The notes under the pieces were generated by a model. The model saw only the letters and a program-made list of their open reading frames with translations. It was not told the DNA's origin and made no database searches. Made by a program: the position numbers and the translations under genes. Shown piece by piece: positions 23,601 through 34,300 of a stretch of DNA of 64,000 nt. How positions within the stretch are numbered: the stretch's first letter is position 1; every line of letters begins with the position of its first letter. Source of the stretch: Macrostomum lignano (Eukaryota); contig NIVC01000831.1 of assembly GCA_002269645.1 (NCBI GenBank), positions 124,001 through 188,000 of the forward strand, given 5' to 3'.

Positions 23601-26600
23601 TCTCTCCAGCACTCCGTATCTCAGTGTCTCTGGCACTCCATGTCTCACTCTCTGACACTCCATGTCTCACTCTCTCTGGCACTCCATCTCTCACTCTCTC
23701 TGGCACTCCACGCCTCTCACTCTCTCTGGCACTCCATCTCTCACTCTCTCTGGCACTCCACGCCTCTGAATCTCTGGCACTCCATGTCTCTCACTCTCTC
23801 TGGCACTCCATCTCTCACTCTCTCTGGCACTCCACGCCTCTCACTCTCTCTGGCACTCCACGCCTCTCACTCTCTCTGGCACTCCATCTCTCACTCTCTC
23901 TGGCACTCCACGCCTCTGAATCTCTGGCACTCCATGTCTCTCACTCTCTCTGGCACTCTATCTCTCACTCTCTCTGGCACTCCACGCCTCTCACTCTCTC
24001 TGGCACTCCACGCCTCTCACTCTCTCTGGCACTCCATCTCTCACTCTCTCTGGCACTCCATGTCTCTCACTCTCTCTGGCACTCCATCTCTCACTCTCTC
24101 TGGCACTCCACGCCTCTGAATCTCTGGCACTCCATGTCTCTCACTCTCTCTGGCACTCCATCTCTCACTCTCTCTGGCACTCCGTCTCTCACTCTCTCTG
24201 GCACTCCATGTCTCTCACTCTCTCTGGCACTCCGTCTCTCACTCTCTCTCTGGCACTCCATGTCTCTCACTCTCTCTCTGGCACTCCATGTCTCTCACTC
24301 TCTCTCTGGCACTCCATGTCTCTCACTCTCTCTGGCACTCCATGTCTCTCACTCTCTCTGGCACTCCGTCTCTCACTCTCTCTGACACTCTCATCACACT
24401 GGTCCTCACCTGCAAGCTGCTGAGGCACTCGGCCAACTCAGTATCCTTGGTCTCAACGGCATCGCCAATCTCTCTCAGCTTCTTTGACACCTCCTCGGAG
24501 TACACGCTGGACGCTTCGCTGGTTTTCATCGGCACCAGGCGTTTGAACAGGTCGGGGCCGGCCGCCTCGGCAGGATCGAAGGCCAGCGGCTTCACCAGCT
24601 GGGCCGACTGCACCTCAGGCACTGTTTGGGGAATCTGCGCATTGGGAGGGGGTCGGACTTAGGGATTGGGATTTGAGAAATCGGGATTTGGATATGAGAA
24701 ATCGGGATTTGGATATGAGAAATCGGGATTAGGATTGGGATTAAGATCTGAGAAATCGGGATTTGGATATGAGAAATCGGGATTGGGATATGAGAAATCG
24801 GGATTGGGATATGAGAAATCGGGATTAGGAATGAGACGTCGAGATTGGGAATCGAGAAATCGAAATTGGGATTTGAGAAACCGAAATTGGGATTTGAGAA
24901 TTCGAGATTGCGATTGGGATTAAGATCTGAGAAATCGGGATTTGGATATGAGAAATCGGGATTGGGATATGAGAAATCGGGATTGGGATTGGGATTAAGA
25001 TCTGAGAAATCGGGATTAGAATATGAGAAAGTCGAATTGAGAAATCGAAATTGGGATATGAGAAATCGGGATTAGGATATGAGAAGTCGAGATTGGGAAT
25101 TGAGAAATCGAAATTGGGATTTGAGAAATCGAAATTGGGATTTGAGAAATTGAAATTGGGATTTGAGAAATCGGGATTGGAATGTGAGAAACCGGGATTA
25201 GGATATGAGAAGTTGGGATTGGGATCTGAGAAATCGGGATTGGGATTTGAGAAATTGGGATTGGGATTTAAGAAACCTGGATTGGGATCTGAGAAATCGG
25301 GATTGGGATCTAAGATGTCGGGATCGGGATCTGAGGAGTCAGGATTAGGATCTGAGACATCGGGATTGGGATCTGAGAAAGCCGGTTTGGGGTCAGAGAA
25401 ATCAGGATTAGGAATCAAGTAATCTCATAAAACTGGAGCAGCGGGCGGTCTCACCTGAGCATGGTAAATGAGATTATTGTCCTTCTCGGCGCTCTCATGC
25501 TTGCCAACGATGACATCTTGGACAAAGTTCAGAGTCTCCCGCATCTCGGAGTCTTTCAAGTCTTTGTTAGCTGCGATGGCCGCTTGAAGTGATTCGCGAG
25601 CTTTGAGAAGCCAAGCCAGGCGGAGGCCGTACTCGCCAGTGTCCTCGGCAGTTTGAGCAGAGTAATAAGCCACCTGGGATTCGTAGAAACTGCGCTTGAC
25701 TGCGAATATTCCCGAATAGTGCTTTCGGGTCCGGCCAGGAATCACCTGCTAGTGAGGAGTCGGGTTTTTTGCGGAAATAAAACAACTTGTCCCGAATATT
25801 GCAATAGCTCCCAAAAAATCCCCAACAAAAGCTCCCAGAAAATATAAAATATAAACTTCCCGAATTCCCCAATATTAACTTCCCAAAAAATCCCCAATTT
25901 AAACTTCTTAAAAAATCCCCAATATAAACTTCCCAAACAATCCCCAATTTAAACTTCTTAAAAAATCCCCAATATAAACTTCCCAAAAAATCCCCAATTT
26001 AAACTTCTTAAAAAATCCCCAATATAAACTTCCCAAACAATCCCCAATTTAAACTTCTTAAAAAATCCCTAATATAAACTTCCCAAACAATCCCCAATAT
26101 AAACACCCAAACAATCCCCAATATAAACTTCCCAAAAAATCCCCAATATAAACTTCTTAAAAATCCCCAATATAAACTTCTTAAAAATCCCCAATATAAA
26201 CTTCCCAAAAAATTCCCAATATAAACTTCCCAAAAATCCCCAATATAAACTTTCCAAAAAATCCCCAACATAAACACCCAAACAATCCCCTAAATCCAGT
26301 CACCTTCGCAACAGTGCCAGCCGAAGACAACATGGACCCCAGCTGGCCATAGAAGTCCACCAGTTGCTGGGCAATCCTAGCATTGATGCCGCTCTTTCTG
26401 CCATCCAATTGAGACTTTCTAAACACGCACTCCTGCGCTTGGGCCAGCATCATTTGAGCCTTCAGTCGCATCAGTTCGGACTCTAAATCCGGCGCCACAG
26501 CACCGGAGAACACTTCGCTAACCCGTTGAAAGCACCAAGCCGCAGACATGAAATGCGTGCAGGCCGCTTTGATGCCCTCGGCGTCTGTACGGGCCTGCTT

Positions 26601-29600
26601 GCAGCCGAGTACGCTCTCCACGGAGCCGATGTTGTACAGCACTGCAGCCTCCTCAAATCGAATGTCCGAGTGTGTCACCACATCGTCTATGTACAGATCG
26701 TCCCTGAGCATTCATAATGTTAATAAATAAGTCAGGCTCTGAAGATCGCTGACTCTTGGAGTTATCCAGTGGTACACTGTAAGTTATCTAGTGGCACCCT
26801 GTAACTGATCAGTGTCTCCCTGTAAGTGATCAGTGTCTCCCTGTCTGTAACTGATCAGTGTCTCCCTGTAAGTGATGCAGTGTATCCCTGTAAGTGATGC
26901 AGCCTGTAAGTGATGCAGTGTATCCCTGTAAGTGATGCAGTGTATCCCTGTAAGTGATGCAGCCTGTAAGTGATGCAGTGTCTCCCTGTAAGTGATGCAG
27001 CCTGTAAGTGATGTAGTGTATCCCTGTAAGTGATGCAGTGTCTCCCTGGAAGTGATGCATTGTCTCCCTGTAAGTGATGCAGCCTGTAAGTGATGCATTG
27101 TCTCCCTGTAAGTGATGCAGCCTGTAAGTGATGCAGTGTATCCCTGTAAGTGATGTAGTGTATCCCTGTAAGTGATGCAGTGTCTCCCTGTAAGTGATGC
27201 ATTGTCTCCCTGTAAGTGATGCAGCCTGTAAGTGATGTAGTGTATCCCTGTAAGTGATGCAGTGTCTCCCTGTAAGTGATGCAGTGTCTCCCGTTAAGTG
27301 ATTATTTTACTATCTGAAAATTCTCTATTATTAAAAAATAAAAACTATTAAACTTACCAAGACACAGGCAGTGCACATGGCTCACATTCTTCCATTGGGA
27401 ATCTTGACTTTAATAGTTGCAGCTGGCCATAATACTTCTTTAATAGACTAAGACCACCTAAATCCTGTGGTGATTCTAATGCACTCTAAAAATATTGAAT
27501 AAGGATTGAAATTTATGCTTATTTGATATATAGAAGGATCATTACTGACTGAGGCTGCCAACTATTTACAGGCACACTATGATGACTTGGCTCTTGACAG
27601 ATCTATAGTGAGTAGGTGGATCACCCACTGCTGCTAGGCAATATGATCTCAAAGATGATACACACAGTGGGAGTCTATTGACTATACTATGGAAAGTGAC
27701 AACAGCTTATAGAAGAATATTTTAATAGACTATATATAGCATATACAGACCTACTTGGACAAGGACTAATAGCTCACATTAAATGAAATTTAGGTATCCA
27801 CAGGTATCTCTCATGGCTCTTTAGAGAAGATTTTCCTCAAGAATCTATGGCTAAAGAAGCTTAGATCTCCCATTGGGTCTCAATATTGCTAATAGCCAAG
27901 TAGAAAGGAATAAGGGTAGCAGGTGCACCTATGTACATCAATCAATAGTCCTTGAGTGACCATTACACTATAACCATTGATAAAATACCTCTGTCATACT
28001 TCCTACCTAAGACTAAGCACCAATGTATGCATTAGGTAGGTCCTGATAAACCACAATAGTCTATACCAAGTTAGGCTTCTCAATTAGCAAGTTTTAACTC
28101 ACTATATTTTGGATTATCAGGGAATCATCTATACTAACTTTTGCTTTCCAAAGACAAATATCACTGACATTGCTGTCTATGCATTCTGGTAAGATAGTTA
28201 TAGTTATTATCTATACTCCTTTAGGACAATACATAAAGACTATTCCATATAGCATGTTTATCTGGCCAAAATTTAATAGATGACATGGCAGCTGATCCCA
28301 TACCCACCCTATTATCTAGACCTAGCTTTTAGCAACTACCACCTGTTTGGATAGCTAAAATTAAATTTTGCAGTTTTTGCATGAAAGTAAGTAAAGTGAT
28401 AAAGTATAAAAACTTACCTTTCTCAAATCTAATAAAGCTTTAAACTCAGAGTCATATGCACTAGCTGATTCACCATATTCACTTTCCAAGTACTAAAAGG
28501 AAATATAAAAGATGAAGATTTGTTATTTAATTAAAACAATACTTTTTTATCTATACACTAAAATTGTATTAGCATTAATACAGTATTATTTAAGAATGCA
28601 GCAAATCTTAAAAATAAGTTATTTCGTTTTATTAAATATTATCAATAAAAATATTCTTTAGTCTGGATGATGCTGGATGTATACCCAAAAAATTGAGTGT
28701 ATGCCTATTCTTAAAACTATGTTACTATTGCAATAGTGATAATAAATGACTTTTTTTATAATATGACAATAAATGACCTTTTTGTTATAACAATAAATGA
28801 CCTTTTTAATAGCATAATGGACCCTTGTGGCAAATAATTTGGTTGATATTTCTGATTTTTTGACAATACTATCTACAGTAGAAAATCAATACACGCAAAG
28901 ATTTATTTAAAAGCCTTATTGCAAGCTTTAAAAAACCTAGAAAGCTTGTAATTTCCATTTCAAAATGAATTTTTTTTATCTTTTTTTCTACTTCACAATA
29001 ACTATTCCACATTATTCTATGAGCCACACTCCAGATCATGTAGTATACACCTAAAAATTTGGACATGCATTGGCCTTGCACGCCCCAAAATTAGGCAGCA
29101 CAGTTGGCATACATCACTCCTAAGAAAATAGTATGCGTGCACACCTAGCGTGCACCCAGGGTCAGGATCGTGTACTGCTGTACGCCGGAACAAAAATTGC
29201 TTCCGTAGCTCATGCACGCCAATGTACGCCAACAAACTTTTTATCGCATACAAAAATATACCAAAATAGAAATTACAAACTACAACTAATATTAAAAGCT
29301 TGGAAAATTTTAATATTTGATCAACCTATGTGTTAAAACTGAAAATCTTTTTACTAAACTGTAGAGAACTAGTTCATTTTAACTAATTTTGTTTTACTTT
29401 TACTTTCTTGGAAAGGTTAAGCCCGGTTTTTTTAATTTAGTTTTCCGTTTTTTTCGTAAAGGGCCAGCCATTCTTTCTGATCAAAATTTAGCTACTGTAA
29501 CTATGTACATGGAAACTATGCCAAATGCAAACTTAATCATTTTTGTATGCTAATTATGTAGATTGATTGTTGGGACTCGGAACTTTTGGTCCCACCTGCT

Positions 29601-30313
29601 GGTCTCGGCAATCTCTATACGCTAAGCTGTACGCCAAGATGGCACGCCAGGCGCCTTTGTATGCCAAGTTGTACGCCAATGTGTAATCTAGGTCCCTCTG
29701 TACGCCGGAATTTTCCGGCGTACATGTATACCATCCGGAGTCTAGGCGTGCACTTTATAGAATCACGCCTAAGTTATTGTGAAATAGAAAAAAGATGAAA
29801 AAAGTTCATTTCTAAGTGCAAATTTCAAGCTTTCCAGTTTTTTTCAAGCTTGTAAAAGAGAATTAAAACAAATCTTTTCATGTATAAATTTTCTGCTATA
29901 AATTGTATCACCAAAAAGGCATAAAAAGCAACCAAATTATCTGGTAATAAGGGTCTATTATGCAATTTTAAAAAGGTTTTTTTGTCACAATGTAAAAAGA
30001 TCATTTATATTCTGGATTGAAAAATGTAACACTTTATTATTTACAATTATTTACACATTTTTGGTCTTACTTATACTTTTCAGTAATGCTATTGCTATGT
30101 ATAAAATTACTGAGACCAAATATGTGTATACACGAAATCAATCCAAATAAACAAACTATCAAGGTATTAAAATATTAAAACTTTTGTCCACTATTGCCTG
30201 CGACAAGAAAAAATATTTTCAGCACTTACTGACTTGAGAACATCTATTTCTATAGGAAGTGATGAAGTCTTTATCTGAAAGGAGTACATAGGAATTCGAG
30301 GTGCTCCCTCCAT
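5075..30313 (-). CDS. PTPN23: HD-PTP / tyrosine-protein phosphatase non-receptor type 23 orthologue (BRO1 + ALIX V-domain + Pro/Gln-rich region + degenerate PTP), about 2138 aa
   Basis: Coding exons 30313-30230, 28492-28418, 27485-27358, 26703-26304, 25745-25455, 24634-24410, 23352-22969, 22340-21912, 11497-7767, 6026-5633 and 5349-5075; all GT-AG with consistent phases. N-terminus MEGAPRIPM; BRO1 motifs [32 protein letters not shown]; PTP-like VPYDANRV; C-terminal [10 protein letters not shown]. Exon 9 is 1 nt short (near 10473). Confidence 0.93.
5378..5580. repeat. 69-bp tandem triplication in PTPN23 intron 10
   Basis: TTAGACTAC..CAGTAGGCGAGCATTGAAAAATACTGTC recurs at 5378, 5447 and 5516. 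Confidence 0.9.
6161..7592. repeat. 22-bp minisatellite (about 65 copies) in PTPN23 intron 9
   Basis: Unit GGATGATTCTTGGGGGAATTAT. Confidence 0.95.
8700..10100 (-). repeat. Coding 33-bp tandem repeat (11-aa unit [Y/F]SQQPGSATG[G/N], about 42 copies) within PTPN23 exon 9
   Basis: 33-nt period read directly (9481 vs 9514); in frame with the downstream PTP domain. Confidence 0.92.
11552..11817. repeat. (GACA)n microsatellite, left part (right part 21862-21909), split by the CACTA insertion
   Basis: The same GACA/GACACA tract flanks both ends of the element. Confidence 0.92.
12397..15465 (-). CDS. Transposon accessory protein (TnpA-like role; DUF4806-like region), 6 exons, about 840 aa
   Basis: Exons 15465-15280, 15192-15037, 14874-14089, 13959-13689, 13646-12781 and 12654-12397; GT-AG, phases 0,0,0,1,0, no internal stop. 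Contains an EAEAEV acidic tract, a [12 protein letters not shown] motif resembling the DUF4806 C-terminal motif, and an 18-aa repeat. Confidence 0.75.
12805..13490 (-). repeat. Coding 54-bp tandem repeat (18-aa [18 protein letters not shown], about 13 copies) in the accessory gene
   Basis: Period 54 (12821 vs 12875). Confidence 0.92.
15830..17857 (+). CDS. CACTA/EnSpm-type DDE transposase, 675 aa, single exon
   Basis: Motifs [61 protein letters not shown] and STFPFENF, typical of animal EnSpm/CMC transposases. The ORF is uninterrupted. Confidence 0.92.
   Translation: MTRQLRRQANKDLLGLFMEGEQEALEDIALQEKKRKVFEADDSGRVAGFIASESSVAEVNEGTDPDLDNDNGSYPDFDEFARVCSDEDEEIDKKEDDRSLEDKIFALLVVYFSCFNLSRGSKKFLVDGLRDIGLPAPKSVNSIEAVINAGDPTEKLEPMGKGHFRYISILKNLELMFRKNQLHMKPEYLQHDSETEKVYKIEAIVNFDGLPLYRASHFGLWPILMSIPSIFSRPFPVAVWAGCGKPPLNDYLRQFCDEAKRFLTGPIKIIENLSISFSTIRFVCDAPARAWVSVTQGHMSYVGCMYCRATGPYTDNRVTFSTSVGESRSSQQYREGKESNQENKKIALSPLLNLPNISFVDAFPPDYQHAVCLGVTRKLFYLFFDKSNGKKCLVYPGPMSLLGDRITMAAGWTPSNFQRRPRKIDLELKHMKATEFRQYLLYLGPVLFKGILNEERYNHFLYLHFAIYAYSNERYSKWWTQAKTCIEVFVERAAHLYGQKFISFNLHTILHLDEFVRKLGSLNNFSTFPFENFLGSVKRRVKVTRHMAAHSVKQVLRVRDLLLNEQRIPPLKFSTKRGDNCCIIDKVCVLIEAVSEANQVTGRILHPVDNIYANPYPSLRLGIGLYRMTSGVLTGTPERKCWILPANLLANLAGADRDPASHFFVIPLTGDSEEA
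19540..20137. mobile_element. hAT-like MITE (CAGGGGT family, CT-rich core) nested in the CACTA element
   Basis: CAGGGGTCAGCAAACT start and GTTAGCCAATCCCT end; both ends resemble the 3614-4671 element. Confidence 0.65.
19742..19928. mobile_element. 187-bp hAT-type MITE (CAGTGG family) nested inside the previous MITE
   Basis: TIR CAGTGGCGCAACCAG / CTGGTTGCCCTACTG; perfect 8-bp TSD CTTGCTCC (19734-19741 and 19929-19936). Confidence 0.88.
20266..20385 (-). mobile_element. Truncated inverted second copy of the CAGTGG MITE
   Basis: Matches the reverse complement of 19810-19928. Confidence 0.7.
20812..21049. repeat. 16-bp tandem repeat (about 15 near-perfect copies)
   Basis: Unit ACAATTTGCCCGCCAG. 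Confidence 0.95.
22386..22955. repeat. ~19-bp CT-rich minisatellite filling PTPN23 intron 7
   Basis: Unit approximately CTCCTCCCTTCACTCCCCT. Confidence 0.92.
23371..24400. repeat. ~26-bp minisatellite filling PTPN23 intron 6
   Basis: Unit approximately TCTCTCACTCTCTCTGGCACTCCATG. Confidence 0.92.
24660..25420. repeat. ~21-bp minisatellite filling PTPN23 intron 5
   Basis: Unit approximately GAGAAATCGGGATTGGGATAT. Confidence 0.9.
25850..26290. repeat. ~25-bp minisatellite in PTPN23 intron 4
   Basis: Unit approximately CCCCAATATAAACTTCCCAAAAAAT. Confidence 0.9.
26790..27300. repeat. 22/16-bp minisatellite in PTPN23 intron 3
   Basis: Unit CTGTAAGTGATGCAGTGTCTCC with shorter variants. Confidence 0.92.
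28670..30080. mobile_element. ~1.4-kb imperfect palindromic (foldback/MITE-like) element in PTPN23 coding intron 1
   Basis: Arm 28811 GCATAATGGACCCTT..AATAATTTGGTTG mirrors 29927-29963; arm 28870-28970 mirrors 29810-29905; TGTACGCC motifs repeated internally. Termini not resolved. Confidence 0.6.
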
Positions 30314-30322
30314 TTTCTTGTA

Positions 30323-31325
30323 CTGAATGTTAATAGTTTTTTTAATATTCAAAACTAAAAATCAGACAAGCAATCGCCTCGTATCTTGATCGGATTGTTC
30401 TTTGTAATTTCCAAAATTCTTATAGACGATTTGTACAGTCACGCTTAATTATTAGGAAAAGCTGGTCAACTAAATTCGCAGAAAAATAGTTATTTTAAAT
30501 CTGTACGTCCAAAAACAAAAAGTAAATCAAAGTGGAATTAAAACATTTCCTAGTGTTATCTGAATAACAAACGGCATTAAAATAAGTTTAATGATATAAA
30601 CCATTAAAATAGTTTAAAAAAAACACTTTTTCCGCAAAATGCGCATTTGACGGGCCATTACGTTACATAGTGTGTATGTCCCAAGGCTGGAGCAATGTTA
30701 CATATACAGAATCCTTCAGACCTCTTAAAAGATGTATAATTCTAAAAGATTTTTTGAAAAGTACCTGGGGTGTCAATAAAGCTTCAGCGTACTTTACTGG
30801 TCATTGAATATACGTAAACAAACGCTTACTATTCGTAATAATTTGGCAAAAAGTACAGTCACATATACATCCATCCCGCAATTGGCCTTTCACAAACTTA
30901 CTTACATTTTAAATTAGGAGGATAATCTGCATTATTACTCGAAACTAGTAATTTTTGGATAGTTTCATCTCTTGAATTGAGTTTCATCTCTCAACGTCCG
31001 AACAACACTGTATTCTTTTGCGAAATTTGCATTGTCTATGACAAACGATTGCTTAAAAGAAATGTATAATGCAAAATCCTAATAAATAATACAATTTTTA
31101 CTGTAATTCGAGATGAAGTAAGTTTTAGTTAACTTTTCTTTTGAAGTGCGTTCATAAGTTTTGTTTTAAGTATTGGTCTAACATAAGATTGAATGAATCG
31201 TACAATAAATATTTAAAAAACATTTTGTTTTGATTTATTTTTCCGTTCTGGACTGTGCGAATTGCGTATTGAAGTTTTCTTTGCATTAAAGCAATTCATT
31301 CCGTTCTCCTGCATTGCTAAACAGA
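30323..31325. promoter_or_regulatory. Shared head-to-head (bidirectional) promoter and 5' UTR region of PTPN23 and the hnRNP L-like gene
   Basis: ATGs at 30313 (minus) and 31326 (plus). Probable PTPN23 5' UTR intron (donor GTAAGT at 30905, acceptor at 30323). CpG retained here. Confidence 0.65.
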
Positions 31326-34300
31326 ATGGCGTCTGAACCAGTAAGTATCTTTTTAAGTAGCTTTTTAAACATCACGGTAACAAGACCAGGGGTTGTAGAA
31401 AGAAAGTATTGTCTACTTTTGAGTATTGGCGTATTTCTAAATATACTAAATCTCTAAGGTTTTTATGCTTGTCCATATACTAAAAATGGTCTGTCGGTAT
31501 CTTTCTATCTATCTAGGTATCTAGGTCTGCGATCGATTTTAGCAAAAACGGCTGAACCGATTTTGTTTGGTCACTGGTCAGATCGTCATATTCCATTTCG
31601 TCATATCGGATGACAAAGTGACCAGAAGCAAAGTAGCTTTGAAAAATAATATGACGAAGTGACCAAATATTTAGTTATGCTGGATACTTCGTCATCAAAC
31701 CAATCAATCTGTTTGAGATTCGAGTTAGTGTAAACTATTTTTGTCTTTATGAACTATAAGCTGCGGAAAGCAGAACCGATCAATCGGCAGGTTTTATCAA
31801 TTGAGATGACAAAATGACTGGGATGATTAGGATTCCATGTAAATAGGGCCTATGTTGGACTTCTTCAAGTTTATGTTGATAAAATAGTTTCAATTTGGAT
31901 AGGATCATAATTTTGTCTCTATAGAGGTTTTTGATGGTGCTGATTTCAAATTTGAGCTCCATTTTTAGGTAGCTTTAACCCAATTATATGTAGCTTAAAA
32001 CCAACCACCGGGGCATGGGGAATAGGGGGGTTTAGGATAGAGAGATTCTTCATGGGGATTGATTTTATCAACATAAACTTGAATAGAGGCATAGAGACTT
32101 ATTCAAGATTGTGCTGATAAATTCCAATTCTAATAGGGGGGGGGGGGGTTGTAGCTTAAAACCAACCACCGGGGCATGGGGAATGGGGGGGTTTAGGGCC
32201 ATAGCTGGGAAGGTGGCAGTTTTTGGTGAATTTTCCGGTGCAAATTGGCCCTTTTTTTGGCACACACGGCGCTCGGCGCACACGGCGTACAAGGAAAAAT
32301 TGGAAATGCTCTGGCGGCGCACATGGCGCATGGCGCTGAAAAAATATATAGTTACACTTCGTTATACTTTGCAAAATATATAGTGTCAGGCCTAATTCCA
32401 TAATTCGTAAAATAAAATTACGTAAATTACGTAAATCACGATATAAAATACGTAAATGAAATTCAAATTTGTCTACTGTAAATTCCTTACGGTAGAATAA
32501 ATACCTTACCTTACCTTACCTTACCTTAGACTTACCTTATCATGGTGCGCTACGGCGCACAAAATCTCTTCTTCATGGCGCATGGCGCACAGTGCTCAAA
32601 AGCCATCAAAATAGTTCCGGCGCACACTGTGCCACCTTCCCGACTATGGGTTTAGGGTAGGGAGATTCTTCATGGGGATTGATTTTATCAACATAAACTT
32701 GAATAGAGGCATAGAGACCTATTCAAGATTGTGCTGATAAATTCCAATTCTAACAAGGGGAGAGGAGGGTTATAGCTTAAAACCAACCACCGAGGCATGG
32801 GGAATGGGGGGTTTTAAGGTAGAAAGATTCTTCATGGGGATTGATCTTATCAACATAAACTTGAATAGAGGCATAGAGACCTATTCAAGATTGTGCTGAT
32901 AAATTCCAATTCTAACAAGGGGAGAGGAGGGTTATAGCTTAAAACCAACCCCCGAGGCATGGGGAATGGGGGGTTTTAAGGTAGAAAGATTCTTCATGGG
33001 GATTGATTTTATCAACATAAACTTGAATAGAGGCATAGAGACCTATTCAAGATTGTGCTGATAAATTCCAATTCTAATAGGGGGGGGGGTTGTAGCTTAA
33101 AACCAACCACCGGGGCATGGGGAATGGGGGGGTTTTAGGGTAGGGAGATTCTTCATGGGGATTGATTTTATCAACATAAACTTGAATAGAGGCATAGAGA
33201 CCTATTCAAGATTGTGTTGATAAATTCCAATTCTAATAGGGGGGGGGTTGAAACAAGTTGGAATTTATTTGACAATGAATCTCTGTTTAATTATATCAAC
33301 ATAAACTTAAATCAACATAACTTTATCTAAATAAATTTGCTTACCAAAATTAAGTGCTTTTACTGCCTTAATACAATAGAATTAGTAATCTAGCCTTGTA
33401 CAGTAGTTGGTTTTGAGGTGCAAAATACAAGTGCGAGTTTTGAACATTGCTTCGGGTGGGTGCAGTGAAAGTGCAAGTGCAAAGATTGAGCAGGTTGTGA
33501 CGTGGCAGTTTTTAAAAAAAAGCATACAGTGATGTGGCACTGTCTATGCATTATAACTAAATTGAAAAACTATAATCTGCAAACATAAAAACATTTGCAT
33601 ATTAATTTGTAGATATTAATATTCATCTTTAATTGGCCTAATGAAGTTCTAGCACATGTGCCATAAAATTAAAAGTCAAGTGGATACACTTTCAAAAATG
33701 TATTTGTAGAAACTTTTTCTCACTGAACCTCATTAAGAGAATAGGGAATCAAGTAAATCGTCATTGCATCAACCGTACAGGTAACTTTCTACACTTTTTT
33801 TTGCATTTTTGTAATTTTGGGTGCCCCATAAGTCTCCACCGCAAGTTTCAGAAAAATCAAAAAATCGGAAGTATTTTATAAACATAAACTTAAAGAAGTC
33901 CCCTATGTTTAATTGCCACATTAATTCACTTGGAAGTTGGAACTGGTAGTTGACGAAATGACTCTCTTGAGGTAGTGCATGCAAATTAAGATGACAAAGT
34001 GACCCTAGTTGAGGTGAGCACCCCAGACACCCCAGATGACGAAGTGACTAATAACCTTTTGTTCAAACTTGCACTGTTCGAACTGTTCTGATATACTGTT
34101 CTGATTCTAACTTCTGGTTATATTTAATTTCGGTTTTTGTTTTTTTGGCACATGTTACAAAAGTTGGCGTATATTTAAAATTTGTTGGTGTATAATTCCA
34201 TATAGGAAAAAGTTGTAAAACTGCGGATGGTGTCCGGCGCACTTTTGAAATTTTTCTAAAGCGCAGCGCGCGCACAGGCGCAGCGCCTGCGCGTGCTGCC

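Noticed and set aside
32191-32657. TTTAGGG telomere-like motifs
   Set aside because: Only single units; they are the MITE target duplication.
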